A stretch of 64,000 bases of DNA from the NCBI GenBank assembly GCA_041664365.1, contig JBAYKW010000001.1, positions 308,465 to 372,464 on the forward strand. Direction: 5' to 3'. Origin of the DNA: Patescibacteria group bacterium. GTDB taxonomy: Bacteria > Patescibacteriota > Patescibacteriia > UM-FILTER-42-10. The notes beneath the pieces were generated by a model. That model did not search any database, was not told the DNA's origin, and worked only from the letters and a program-made list of their open reading frames with translations. The translations under genes and the position numbers were made by a program. Positions 1 through 9,809 of the stretch are shown piece by piece (positions within the stretch are counted from its first letter, which is position 1; each line of letters starts with the position of its first letter).

Positions 1-1
1 C

Positions 2-1003
2 TTTCTAGACGAAAGTGGGAGATTTACTTTTACATATGAAGGTATAAATGTCGGAAACAATGTGTGGGAATATACCTGGAGCACTGACGAGTCCATTGAC
101 GGTGTTTACCGTGTACATGCGGTTGCCGTCGATGCAAACAACTTAACGTATATCAGTGATATTAACAGAATATATGTGGATAATGCCGGAGGCAGTATCC
201 CGGATTTTGATGGAAATTCCAACAGTACTCCGATCGAAAATTATAATGTAAACCAGAATTTTAATTTAAATTCCAATCAGAATAGTAATGCAAATGTAAA
301 TCAAAATAGTAATTCGAATTTGAACTTTAACGGCAATGAAAATGTTAATCAAAATACCAATAGTGATAATATAAATGTCAACATACCGATTAATTCAAAT
401 TTCAATTTGAATACGAATACATCTGTCCCATTGAATATTAACAGTAATAGTAATATTTCCACCAATTCAAACGAGCCAATTCAGAATTCTCCTGATAAGG
501 ATAATGACGGCCTGACTGACACTGAAGAAGGAGAAATAGGAACTGACATTTCAAACCCTGACTCAGACAATGACGGGCTCAAAGACAGTTTTGAGGAAAA
601 TCACGGTTTTAGCCCTTTAATCAAAGATAACAATACCCCCTCTCGAACACCCGACCAAAGAATTATCCAGGCAATAATGGAAGCAACTACAGGCGGACAG
701 GAAAAAGCTAAGGATTCCGATCTGGACGGAATTCCCGATGTTGTTGAAACCGCATTTGGATCTAACCCATACAATCCAGATACAAGTGGTGACGGTCTTA
801 CCGACGGGTTCAAAGCTTATAACGGCTATCCGTTGCTTGAAGATAACTCCGGACAAATCGCAAAAACAAAGCTTGATTTACCGAATCCGGATATGCCGAA
901 TACAGAAAAATCATCTCTAACAACAACCATTGCAATTTTTGGATCTTTGATACTAGTTGTGTTTATTGTATTGATAGTTTTTCGTCCAAAAGCAGTCAAA
1001 TAA
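2..1003 (+). CDS. Membrane-anchored surface protein, 5' partial: Ig-like region, Asn-rich linker, four Ca-binding thrombospondin type 3-like repeats, C-terminal TM
   Basis: Frame is open from position 2. Repeats DKDNDGLTDTEE, DSDNDGLKDSFE, DSDLDGIPDVVE, DTSGDGLTDGFK. Hydrophobic C-terminal helix followed by RPKAVK. Confidence 0.8.
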   Translation, partial: FLDESGRFTFTYEGINVGNNVWEYTWSTDESIDGVYRVHAVAVDANNLTYISDINRIYVDNAGGSIPDFDGNSNSTPIENYNVNQNFNLNSNQNSNANVNQNSNSNLNFNGNENVNQNTNSDNINVNIPINSNFNLNTNTSVPLNINSNSNISTNSNEPIQNSPDKDNDGLTDTEEGEIGTDISNPDSDNDGLKDSFEENHGFSPLIKDNNTPSRTPDQRIIQAIMEATTGGQEKAKDSDLDGIPDVVETAFGSNPYNPDTSGDGLTDGFKAYNGYPLLEDNSGQIAKTKLDLPNPDMPNTEKSSLTTTIAIFGSLILVVFIVLIVFRPKAVK

Positions 1004-1010
1004 CTGGCTC

Positions 1011-1039
1011 TTGACACAACTGCGTGTTTTATTTAGAAT
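1011..1039 (+). promoter_or_regulatory. sigma70 promoter of rpmA
   Basis: TTGACA(1011-1016)-17 nt-TAGAAT(1034-1039), 33 nt before the ATG. Confidence 0.75.
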
Positions 1040-1072
1040 GGTAAAGTTAGTAAAATATTAATGAATTGATTC

Positions 1073-1351
1073 ATGTCACACACAAAATCAGGCGGTTCTA
1101 CCCAAAATGGCAGAGATTCGCAATCAAAAAGACTCGGCGTTAAAGTTTCCGGCGGACAAAAGACGAATGTTGGTCAAATTATCGTCAGACAGCGTGGTAC
1201 AAAATTCCATGCAGGAAAAAATGTAAAACGCGGATCCGATGACACATTATACGCGGTTGTCAGCGGAATAGTTAAGTTTAAATCCATAAAACTCAGAAAA
1301 TACACTGGCAAACTCCAGAATTCCAAAGTTGTTGAAGTAGTAACGCAGTAA
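1073..1351 (+). CDS. rpmA: 50S ribosomal protein L27
   Basis: [23 protein letters not shown] and [16 protein letters not shown] motifs. Confidence 0.98.
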   Translation: MSHTKSGGSTQNGRDSQSKRLGVKVSGGQKTNVGQIIVRQRGTKFHAGKNVKRGSDDTLYAVVSGIVKFKSIKLRKYTGKLQNSKVVEVVTQ

Positions 1352-1363
1352 AATTATAAATCT

Positions 1364-1404
1364 AAAAGACCCCCTCTGCCGGTCGGCAAATGGGGTCTTT
1401 TTTT
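1364..1404. terminator. Bidirectional intrinsic terminator between convergent rpmA and pyrG
   Basis: AAAAGACCCC...GCCG-GT-CGGC...GGGGTCTTTTTTT stem with T tracts on both strands. Confidence 0.8.
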
Positions 1405-1410
1405 ATTCTG

Positions 1411-3063
1411 CTATTTATTTTTCAATTGTCTTTTGATACTCGCCGCAATAAAATCCCTGTAAAGCGGGTGCGGATCTAGGGGTCTCGACTTAAATTCTGG
1501 ATGGAATTGCACTCCGACAAACCATGGATGATTTTTCAGTTCAATAATTTCTACAAGTTTATTTTCTGGATAAATCCCGGCAAAACGAACTCCGGCTTTT
1601 TCTAGCTTTGCTTTATACGCATTATTAAATTCATATCTGTGCCTGTGCCGTTCTGATATATTTTTTGTTTTATACGCCGCGAAACTTAGTGAATCAGTAT
1701 CGAGCACGCAAGGATATGCACCCAGTCTCATTGTGGCGCCATAACTTTTTTCTTTGATATTCTTCTTTTGAAACGGATTAAGATGAATCACCGGATGCGG
1801 TGTATTTTTATCTACTTCCACGGTATTCGCTTTTGAAAGTCCTAGAACATTCCGAGAAATTTCTATTGTCGCCAGCTGCATACCATAACACAATCCCAAA
1901 TATGGAATATTATTTTCTCTTACATACCTTATCGCTTTAATTATTCCTTCTATCCCCCTTGATCCAAAACCACCCGGTACTATTATTCCGTCATACGCTT
2001 TCAGCTCGGATACTTTTTTTGGATTCCGTTCATATTCCTCTGAATCAATCCATGTTAACTGCGGCTTGCGGTTGTGATACCAGGACGCATGTTTTATCGC
2101 TTCAATCACGGAAATATAGGAATCCGCCAGGGTAAAATTGCCGGTACCAAAATATTTACCTACGACACCAATCTTAATTTCTTTTTTAGAGTTTTTAATC
2201 CTTTGCACCATTTTTTTCCACTCAATCATATCATTCTTCTTTTCTTTCAGATTGAGTTTTTTCAGCATTTTTGCTCCAAGCTGTTCCTTTTCAAATATCA
2301 TAGGCACTTCGTAGACGCTTTCCAAATCGGGCGCGGAAATAGCGTGGTCTTTGGGAATACTACAAAATGTAGCCAACCGGTCTCTGCGTGGCTTATCTAA
2401 TACCTTTTCTGACCTGCAAATAATAAAATCAGCCTGTATTCCAGCGGAATTCAGCGTTCTGGCTGCGTATTGAGTCGGTTTTGTCTTCATCTCTCCGATC
2501 ACACTTGGAATCGGTAAATAGCTGACCAGAACAAACGCCACGTCTTCTGGATATTTTAATTTCAGCATTCTGCCCGCTTCCAGAAACAGCATTATCTGAT
2601 ACTCACCCACGGTTCCGCCGATTTCTACCACCACAATATCCGCCTTGTTTTTTCTTGCCGCAATATTTATTCGTCGGATGATTTCGTTCGGGATATCCGG
2701 TACTACTTCGACATCCTCCCCGGCATATTCCAGATTTCTTTCTTTTCTAATTACTTCACGGTATACCTGACCGGTAGTAATGTAATTATCGGCAGTACAA
2801 TCTACTCCGGTAAATCTTTCATAATTACCAAGATCCTGATCTGCCTCAATCCCGTCTTCACCGACAAAAACCTCTCCGTGTTCTGTTGGACGGATCGTAC
2901 CTGCGTCAATATTGATATACATATCACATTTGATCGTTGCGATATTGTATCCCCTGCTTTGCAGAATTCTGCCGATTGAAGCAGTGGTGACTCCTTTTCC
3001 TACTGACGACATTACACCACCAACGACAAATATATATTTTGTTCTCTTCTTTGATTTCGGCAT
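1411..3063 (-). CDS. pyrG: CTP synthase
   Basis: GGVMSSVGKG, HGEVFV, KTKPTQ, GLCYGMQ, ERHRHRYE, QFHPEF. Confidence 0.98.
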   Translation of the reverse strand: MPKSKKRTKYIFVVGGVMSSVGKGVTTASIGRILQSRGYNIATIKCDMYINIDAGTIRPTEHGEVFVGEDGIEADQDLGNYERFTGVDCTADNYITTGQVYREVIRKERNLEYAGEDVEVVPDIPNEIIRRINIAARKNKADIVVVEIGGTVGEYQIMLFLEAGRMLKLKYPEDVAFVLVSYLPIPSVIGEMKTKPTQYAARTLNSAGIQADFIICRSEKVLDKPRRDRLATFCSIPKDHAISAPDLESVYEVPMIFEKEQLGAKMLKKLNLKEKKNDMIEWKKMVQRIKNSKKEIKIGVVGKYFGTGNFTLADSYISVIEAIKHASWYHNRKPQLTWIDSEEYERNPKKVSELKAYDGIIVPGGFGSRGIEGIIKAIRYVRENNIPYLGLCYGMQLATIEISRNVLGLSKANTVEVDKNTPHPVIHLNPFQKKNIKEKSYGATMRLGAYPCVLDTDSLSFAAYKTKNISERHRHRYEFNNAYKAKLEKAGVRFAGIYPENKLVEIIELKNHPWFVGVQFHPEFKSRPLDPHPLYRDFIAASIKRQLKNK

Positions 3064-3103
3064 TTGATTTTAAAATTATTAACACCTTCGGATAAAGGCG
3101 AAA

Positions 3104-3550
3104 TTATTCTTTATTAATACTAATAATAAAATTAAACTGTTTATCATTTTCAACCTGCACCCCAACTTCGTGATCCCCGATATTTTTTATCGGTTTTTCA
3201 AGAATTATCTGACTCTCTTCCAAAGTAACCTTATACAAAGTCTGTACTTTTTTTATAATCTCCTTTTTCCCGACTCCGGCATAAAGCGTTCCGTCCTCAC
3301 TTGCATTTGCATTGATGACAATTTTTTTATCCTTCAATATATCATACATCTTTTCAACCTTTTTCACCTTTTTTTTCTCACTCTTCAGCTCATTTTCTTT
3401 TTCCAATTTTACCTGCTGGTCTATCAATTTAGTATATGGCACAGCTATTTGCCTTGGGAATAAATAATTTCTAGCATAACCATCCGTCACATTTTTAACC
3501 TGCCCTTTTTTCACATTTGGTTTCTCGTCCTTGATGAATAATACTTTCAT
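3104..3550 (-). CDS. rplI: 50S ribosomal protein L9
   Basis: VTDGYARNYLFP, GTLYAGV, PIKNIGDHEV. Confidence 0.95.
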   Translation of the reverse strand: MKVLFIKDEKPNVKKGQVKNVTDGYARNYLFPRQIAVPYTKLIDQQVKLEKENELKSEKKKVKKVEKMYDILKDKKIVINANASEDGTLYAGVGKKEIIKKVQTLYKVTLEESQIILEKPIKNIGDHEVGVQVENDKQFNFIISINKE

Positions 3551-3708
3551 AATATATATAATTTACTACAATAATTTATTAGAATATTTTGCCTTGATAC
3601 AATTTTTCCCATCAATTATAGCCGTAATTCCAATTTCCAGCAACATGCGATAATTTTACCGGATAATCATTTTTCAGCTGTGATTATAACAGAGATTGAA
3701 AAACTTGT

Positions 3709-4950
3709 TTACTGCTCAATTAATAGCTTAACAGCTTCGTCCAACTGGGGATCAACATTTGCTTCAATATCTTCCGGAGTCATCTCTACTATAATATCCG
3801 GAGTTATCCCCTCCTTATTAATAGAACGTCCGTCAGGTGTCAACCATTCAGCAACTGTTATTTTTATCGATGAGCCATCGGAAAAATCTTTCAACTCCTG
3901 TACAGTGCCTTTGCCGAATGTCTGCTCACCAAGAATTGTAGCGACTTTGTGATCCTGGATTGCTCCGGCAACTATTTCAGATGCGGAGGCAGTTCCTCCG
4001 TTAACAAGAACTACCATCGGGTATTCAATATAATTATCCCCGTTATCAACCTTATAAGTATTCTCTTTTCCATTGCCAAAATCCTCTATCAGTACAACTT
4101 CATTCAGTGGAATAAAGTATCCAGCTACGTTTACCGCAGTTGATAAAAATCCGCCCGGATTGTTTCTCATGTCAAATATTATTCCCTTGGGCTCAGCCAG
4201 TGTAATTTCCCGTATTGCTTTTTCAAACCCTTTTTCTGTGTTTTCGTTAAAATCAGAAAGGATTATGTGTGCGATATTACTGTCCAGCATCTCCCAATAC
4301 ACCGACTCAACAACAATTGTTTCTCTGGTAATAGAAAACTGAATATTATCATCATTACCCTCCCTTTTGATAACGAGATCGACATTAGTCCCTTTTTCTC
4401 CACGTATCATTGTCACTGCGGTATCAAGGGTCATTGCGGTAGTATCTGTACTATCTATGCTGATTATCTGATCACCGGCAAATAGCCCGGCTTTAGAGGC
4501 AGGTGTTTCCGGTAATGGGGCAATAATCACTAACTGCTCATCCTTGATTCCGATTTCAATACCAATCCCTTCAAATGTTCCATTAATCTGGTCGCTGAAA
4601 TCCTGACTGATCTCCGGATCAAAAAATACCGTATATGGGTCACCAAGGCTTTCCGACATACCGGCGAGCGCTCCGTAAAACAGTTCCTTTTCACTGACCG
4701 GCTTGTCATAATACTTATTCTGAATAGTATCCCAGGTCTCCCAAAATATTCCGAAGTCTATTTCCTGCTTTTGCGGGTCATTTGTAAATTTATTGATCAC
4801 GACATCTCCGACTTGTGATACCGCGACACCGTTAACTTTCCAGGCACCGATAATCAGTCCACCTGAAAATGCAATGATCAGTAATAATACTCCCGCATAA
4901 AATTTAAAATATTTCTGAACAATTGATCTTTTTTTTGGATAATTTTCCAT
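3709..4950 (-). CDS. ctpA: Carboxyl-terminal processing protease, S41 family with PDZ domain
   Basis: N-terminal TM, LGDPYT, FEGIGI (PDZ), DMRNNPGG, TASASEI (Ser), TFGKG (Lys). Confidence 0.93.
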   Translation of the reverse strand: MENYPKKRSIVQKYFKFYAGVLLLIIAFSGGLIIGAWKVNGVAVSQVGDVVINKFTNDPQKQEIDFGIFWETWDTIQNKYYDKPVSEKELFYGALAGMSESLGDPYTVFFDPEISQDFSDQINGTFEGIGIEIGIKDEQLVIIAPLPETPASKAGLFAGDQIISIDSTDTTAMTLDTAVTMIRGEKGTNVDLVIKREGNDDNIQFSITRETIVVESVYWEMLDSNIAHIILSDFNENTEKGFEKAIREITLAEPKGIIFDMRNNPGGFLSTAVNVAGYFIPLNEVVLIEDFGNGKENTYKVDNGDNYIEYPMVVLVNGGTASASEIVAGAIQDHKVATILGEQTFGKGTVQELKDFSDGSSIKITVAEWLTPDGRSINKEGITPDIIVEMTPEDIEANVDPQLDEAVKLLIEQ

Positions 4951-6212
4951 TATTCATTCACTCTTTCTATTTTTACTCCGATTTTTTTTAGTCTTTCCTC
5001 TATTTTTTCGTAACCCCGGTCAATTTGATAAATATTATCAATCTCTGTTTTACCTTCTGCTATTGCGGCGGCAATCACTATTGCCATGCCGGCCCGCAGG
5101 TCAGGGCTTGTCAATTTTCTGCCGTGAAGCTTTGTCGGTCCGCTGATAACTACCCGGTGCGGATCACACATGATAATATCAGCGCCCATTTGTACCAACA
5201 TGTCAGTAAAAAGCAAACGTCGGTCATATATGACTTCGTGTATTATCGCCCTACCGGTACTTTGCGTCATTAAAACTGTATACGGGGACTGCAGATCGGT
5301 TGGAAATCCTGGATATTCATGTGTTTTTATATCATACGATAAAATGTTTTTTGACGGCAAAATTTTCAGCCAGTCTCCGCCTTTTTCGTAACTGACACCA
5401 ATCTTTGTCAGCACACTTAATAATGATTCAATATTGTCCGGCTGGCATTTTGTAATAGTTAATTCTGATTTTGTAGCTGCCGCCAGAATTGCAAATGTGC
5501 CGGTTTCTATTCTGTCCGGAATAATTGTATATTCTCCCGCAGATAATTTACTGACCCCCTCAATTACAATCGTTGGAGATCCGGCACCTCGTATCTTTGC
5601 CCCGTTCAAATTTAAATAATCACTTAACGCTACAATCTCCGGTTCCATGGCACAATTTTTTATGGTTGTAACCCCTTCAGCCAGTACAGCGGTTAAAATC
5701 ATGCTTTCAGTTCCGGTGACACTGACAGTCGTAAAGAAATACTCCCCTCCTTTAAGTTTTTTTGCTTTTACCACATACATGTCCTCCATCTCTTCAATCT
5801 CGGCACCGAGAGCTTTAAAACCCTCCAGAAACAGATCTATCGGCCGCTTACCGGCACCGATCACGCATCCGCCGGGGTGCGGGAATCTGACTTCCCCAGT
5901 TCTAGCCAAAAGCGGTCCGACAAACATTACGGAAGCTCTGAACTTATTGGCAAATTTCGGCTCTAATATATTTTTCTTTATTTCCGGAATTGAAACTGCA
6001 CAATTCCTAGCGTCTATTGTCACAGTAGCACCCAAATCAACCAATAAATCAGTCGCTCTATGAATATCTTCAATATTTGGAAAGTTTTTTATCGTGATCG
6101 TTTCATCAGAAAGCAGGGCTGCCGGTAATATCTTCAGTACAGCGTTTTTAGCCCCTCCAACTTCAATCTCCCCGTTCAGCGGATTTCCGCCGTTGATAAT
6201 AAATTTTTCCAT
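4950..6212 (-). CDS. murA: UDP-N-acetylglucosamine 1-carboxyvinyltransferase
   Basis: GAKNA, FRAS, PGGC, PDRIETGT, PGFPTDLQ, DLRAG, IDRGYE. Confidence 0.97.
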   Translation of the reverse strand: MEKFIINGGNPLNGEIEVGGAKNAVLKILPAALLSDETITIKNFPNIEDIHRATDLLVDLGATVTIDARNCAVSIPEIKKNILEPKFANKFRASVMFVGPLLARTGEVRFPHPGGCVIGAGKRPIDLFLEGFKALGAEIEEMEDMYVVKAKKLKGGEYFFTTVSVTGTESMILTAVLAEGVTTIKNCAMEPEIVALSDYLNLNGAKIRGAGSPTIVIEGVSKLSAGEYTIIPDRIETGTFAILAAATKSELTITKCQPDNIESLLSVLTKIGVSYEKGGDWLKILPSKNILSYDIKTHEYPGFPTDLQSPYTVLMTQSTGRAIIHEVIYDRRLLFTDMLVQMGADIIMCDPHRVVISGPTKLHGRKLTSPDLRAGMAIVIAAAIAEGKTEIDNIYQIDRGYEKIEERLKKIGVKIERVNE

Positions 6213-6295
6213 AAAAAAATTCCTAAAAATTCAAAATGTGGTAAAATAAGATATCCTACAGATGTATATTACCTACTAATTCCATTCTGGTCAAA

Positions 6296-7633
6296 ATGAA
6301 GAAGAAATACCGCAGAATATATGCCCTTACACTGGTTTTTGTGTTCTTTTTGATTGCGCCCGTTTTGGTATTTTATGCCACCGGATTTCGCTATAATTTT
6401 ACTGATCGGAAGGTCATTAAAACAGGTGTTTTGTCCATAGAGTCTGAACCACGAAATGCACAAGTTACCATAAACGGCAAACTATACGGATCAAAGACTC
6501 CAACTGTTGCAAAAAACCTTTTTCCCGGTGATTATACAATCTCAGTTGAAAAACAGGGTTATTATACTTGGGAAAAAACACTTCCGGTTTTTGCTAATCA
6601 ATCCACCACCACAAACCGTGTTTCGCTATTAAAGTCTGAAGCGGCTCTACTTGCTATGGATGATGAAGTGACGGGGATTGTTTATTCTCCGGCAAATCAT
6701 TACCTTGCCTATTTGACTTCAAATGAAGTCGGCAGTGCGGATTTGGTTATCAAAGAACATACCACACTTGCTACTGTTATTACAATCAAAAATATCGAAT
6801 CCGACAGCCAAATAGCATTTACCGACAATGAAAATTTCGTCTTTATTAAAGATAAGAGTAATGACGTGATTGCAAGGATTATTTCTCTACCCGACAAGCT
6901 AGATATTTTATCGAAATCTATTTCTGCTTTACCAATTTATAAACTGGCAGAATCCGGTGATCAGCGGGAATTATATGCTATTTCCGACAATGGACTTTTC
7001 AAAATAAATATCGTCGACAAAACAATTGAATTAATCATTAAGGGGCAAATCCAGGATGTGATTGAACTGGATCAATCAATTTATTATATCGAGAAGAAAA
7101 ATGATTTATCAGTTCTGTCCAAAACTGACAAAAATGATCTGAATAACATAAATGAGATACTGACATTTTCCAATAAAGGAATATATTCACTGTCTAAAAC
7201 CGCCGACAGTTATATTAACATGCATGATACAAAAAACCAGGAACTTTCATTAATCAGAGTTCGTGATCAATTTTCGTTTAATCTGAATAAGTTGAACCCG
7301 GATGTTTCAAGCTTTGCGTGGTCTCCGGACAAAAGCTTATTAATGCTCTATAATGATTTTGAAATTTGGTCATTTGATCCGGAATCAGATCAACAGGAAT
7401 TATTGATCAGATCAGGCAGTGTAATTAAATTTGCTGATTGGTCGCCGGACGGAAAATGGATAATTTACAGTAATGATGGTTATATCAGGGCGATTGAATT
7501 AGACGGAAGAGGAAAACGTAATATTGTTAATTTGGTAGAAAGTGACTTTGCACCATTTTCAGTCAATAAAAACACAAAAGTCATGTTTTATCATGACGCG
7601 TCGCAACATTTGTATCGAAAATCAATACAATAA
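6296..7633 (+). CDS. PEGA-domain protein with N-terminal TM and TolB-like beta-propeller
   Basis: TM helix, then GVLSIESEPRNAQVTING...PGDYTISVEKQGY (PEGA), and WSPD repeats. Confidence 0.8.
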   Translation: MKKKYRRIYALTLVFVFFLIAPVLVFYATGFRYNFTDRKVIKTGVLSIESEPRNAQVTINGKLYGSKTPTVAKNLFPGDYTISVEKQGYYTWEKTLPVFANQSTTTNRVSLLKSEAALLAMDDEVTGIVYSPANHYLAYLTSNEVGSADLVIKEHTTLATVITIKNIESDSQIAFTDNENFVFIKDKSNDVIARIISLPDKLDILSKSISALPIYKLAESGDQRELYAISDNGLFKINIVDKTIELIIKGQIQDVIELDQSIYYIEKKNDLSVLSKTDKNDLNNINEILTFSNKGIYSLSKTADSYINMHDTKNQELSLIRVRDQFSFNLNKLNPDVSSFAWSPDKSLLMLYNDFEIWSFDPESDQQELLIRSGSVIKFADWSPDGKWIIYSNDGYIRAIELDGRGKRNIVNLVESDFAPFSVNKNTKVMFYHDASQHLYRKSIQ

Positions 7634-7634
7634 A

Positions 7635-8468
7635 CTATTTACCGGAAATATAATCTTTTAATGCAATCTGCCACTTTCTGGAAAGTGGTATTTTAGTATT
7701 AATCAATGAGGAATAATTCGGGCGTTTTGCCGGACGCGGAAATTGATCAGACTTAACTGGAATGACAGAAACGCTAAGCTGTGCTAGTTCAAATATCTTT
7801 TCTGCAAAACTGAACCAATTTGTCGTACCTTCGTTAGTAATATGATAGATACCGTATCGACTATCTCCCTCTATTAATTTTCTTGTCCGCTTCGCCAGAT
7901 CCAGCGTATAAGTCGGTTTACCAAACTGGTCTTCAACAACTTTTATCTCTTTATTTTTTGCTCCGATATCAAGCATCGTGTCAACAAAATTCTTTCCGCC
8001 ACGACCATACAGCCATGACGTCCTGATGATATAGTACCGCTCGCAGTATTTTTTTATTGCCTGCTCACCGATCAGTTTAGACCGCCCGTACGCGTTAACC
8101 GGATTTGATCTCGAATTTTCTTTGTAACCGGATTTGTTTTTACCGCTGAAAATATAGTCAGTAGAATAATGAATCAGTTTTGCGCCTATTAGCTCGGCGG
8201 TCTTTGCCAGATGACCAACCGCAGTCCCGTTTATCCGATTGGCCGTCTCTTCATTTTCCTCAGCTCCATCAACATTCGTATACGCGGAAGCATTAATAAT
8301 TATTGAAGGAGACATTTCTCTGATCCTTTTCTGCACTATTTTTTCATTGGTAATATCCAAGTCATCAATATCCCAACAGATCGGTTTTGAATCAGCAAAA
8401 ACAAGAGAAAGCTCGGATCCGAGCATTCCTTTTGCGCCTAATATCAGAACCAACTTATCGCTTCTCAT
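7635..8468 (-). CDS. rfbD: dTDP-4-dehydrorhamnose reductase
   Basis: GAKGMLG, AYTNVDGAE, STDYIF, YGRSK, RTSWLY, DQFGKPT, PAKRP. Confidence 0.95.
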   Translation of the reverse strand: MRSDKLVLILGAKGMLGSELSLVFADSKPICWDIDDLDITNEKIVQKRIREMSPSIIINASAYTNVDGAEENEETANRINGTAVGHLAKTAELIGAKLIHYSTDYIFSGKNKSGYKENSRSNPVNAYGRSKLIGEQAIKKYCERYYIIRTSWLYGRGGKNFVDTMLDIGAKNKEIKVVEDQFGKPTYTLDLAKRTRKLIEGDSRYGIYHITNEGTTNWFSFAEKIFELAQLSVSVIPVKSDQFPRPAKRPNYSSLINTKIPLSRKWQIALKDYISGK

Positions 8469-9468
8469 ACTGTTCTTTGTAGTATTTCAAATATTCTCCG
8501 GACTTGATACGTTTCCACCATCCTTCATTTTTCTGATACCAATCAATTGTCTGTTCCAGATAGGTGTCCAAATCATACAATGGCTTGTATCCTAATTCAT
8601 TTTTTGCTTTGTTCCAGTCTACTGCATAGCGCCGGTCATGCCCTGGTCGGTCTTTAACGTACTCCAGCATTTCCTCAGATTTTCCCATGATATTCAAAAC
8701 CCGCCTGATTAGTTCCAGATTATTTACATCTTCGGTCAGTCCGCCAATCACGTATGTTCCGCCGATCTTCCCCTTTTCCAAAACTAGTTCCACCGCCCGG
8801 CAATGGTCATCAACATATAACCAATCTCGGACATATTTACCATCTCCATAAATCGGCACTTTTTTTCCTTCAATCAAATTTGTTATAGCCAATGGTAATA
8901 ATTTCTCGGGATATTGATACGGGCCGTAATTGTTGGAAGTATTGGTTATCGTCACTGGCAGGCCGTAGGTCGTGTAATATGCGTTCACCAGATGATCTGA
9001 AGCGGCTTTAGAGGCTGAATACGGACTCCGAGGATCATATTTCGTGCTTTCAGAAAATTTGGATTTATTCTCAAGAGGTAATGCACCAAAAACTTCATCG
9101 GTTGAAATATGATGGAATCTTTTAACATTATTTTTCAAGGCGGAATCCAATAAAACGTGCGTACCAACAATATTTGTTTTTATGAATGCATCCGGTTCCA
9201 GAATAGAACGGTCAACATGACTTTCTGCCGCAAAATGAACAACCGTATCAATTTCATTCATTGCCTTGTTCACCAAATCTGAATTGCAAATATCCCCGCG
9301 GACAAATTCATAATTCGGATTGCTCTCAATACTTTTCAGATTCTCCAGATTTCCGCAGTACGTTAACTTATCCAGATTCACAATGTGATCTTCCGGATGA
9401 TTTTTCAGCCAGTAGTTGATGAAGTTAGAGCCGATAAATCCCGCTCCACCAGTAACCAGTATGTTCAT
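8455..9468 (-). CDS. rfbB: dTDP-glucose 4,6-dehydratase
   Basis: TGGAGFIGSN, FAAESHVDRS, STDEV, YSASK, DRPGHDRRY. Confidence 0.97.
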   Translation of the reverse strand: MNILVTGGAGFIGSNFINYWLKNHPEDHIVNLDKLTYCGNLENLKSIESNPNYEFVRGDICNSDLVNKAMNEIDTVVHFAAESHVDRSILEPDAFIKTNIVGTHVLLDSALKNNVKRFHHISTDEVFGALPLENKSKFSESTKYDPRSPYSASKAASDHLVNAYYTTYGLPVTITNTSNNYGPYQYPEKLLPLAITNLIEGKKVPIYGDGKYVRDWLYVDDHCRAVELVLEKGKIGGTYVIGGLTEDVNNLELIRRVLNIMGKSEEMLEYVKDRPGHDRRYAVDWNKAKNELGYKPLYDLDTYLEQTIDWYQKNEGWWKRIKSGEYLKYYKEQYEKR

Positions 9469-9809
9469 GTTTATAGATTGCTCATTTAGATACTATATGA
9501 TGCCGACCCGCCCGCCACGCGAGCCAGTGAGCCTGTTCTTTAAAAATCTTCTGCCAAAACCTGTTTTGAAGTACTTTTCTCTCCTAATTGCTTCTTTCTT
9601 CGATCGGCAAGCTTCGTAGTATATGATTTTTAATGGCCTTCTATGTTTTGTCGATTCAACTTGCCCTTTAGCATGCTCTTTCAATCTTGCGTTTAAGTCA
9701 ATGGTCCAACCAATGTATAAATTACCATCTTTCGCGCTTTCCAACACATAAGTATAATACCATTTGGCTCGCTGGCGAGGCGGGCGGGTAAATCCCGCTC
9801 CACCAGTAA
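9435..9809. repeat. 21-bp exact direct repeat (rfbB 5' end and decoy copy)
   Basis: TAAATCCCGCTCCACCAGTAA at 9435-9455 and 9789-9809. Confidence 0.9.

Noticed and set aside
9507-9788. Group I intron or intein with homing endonuclease
   Set aside because: Too short for a ribozyme core outside the ORF, no Cys/His-Asn intein termini, and splicing would yield only a 15-aa peptide.
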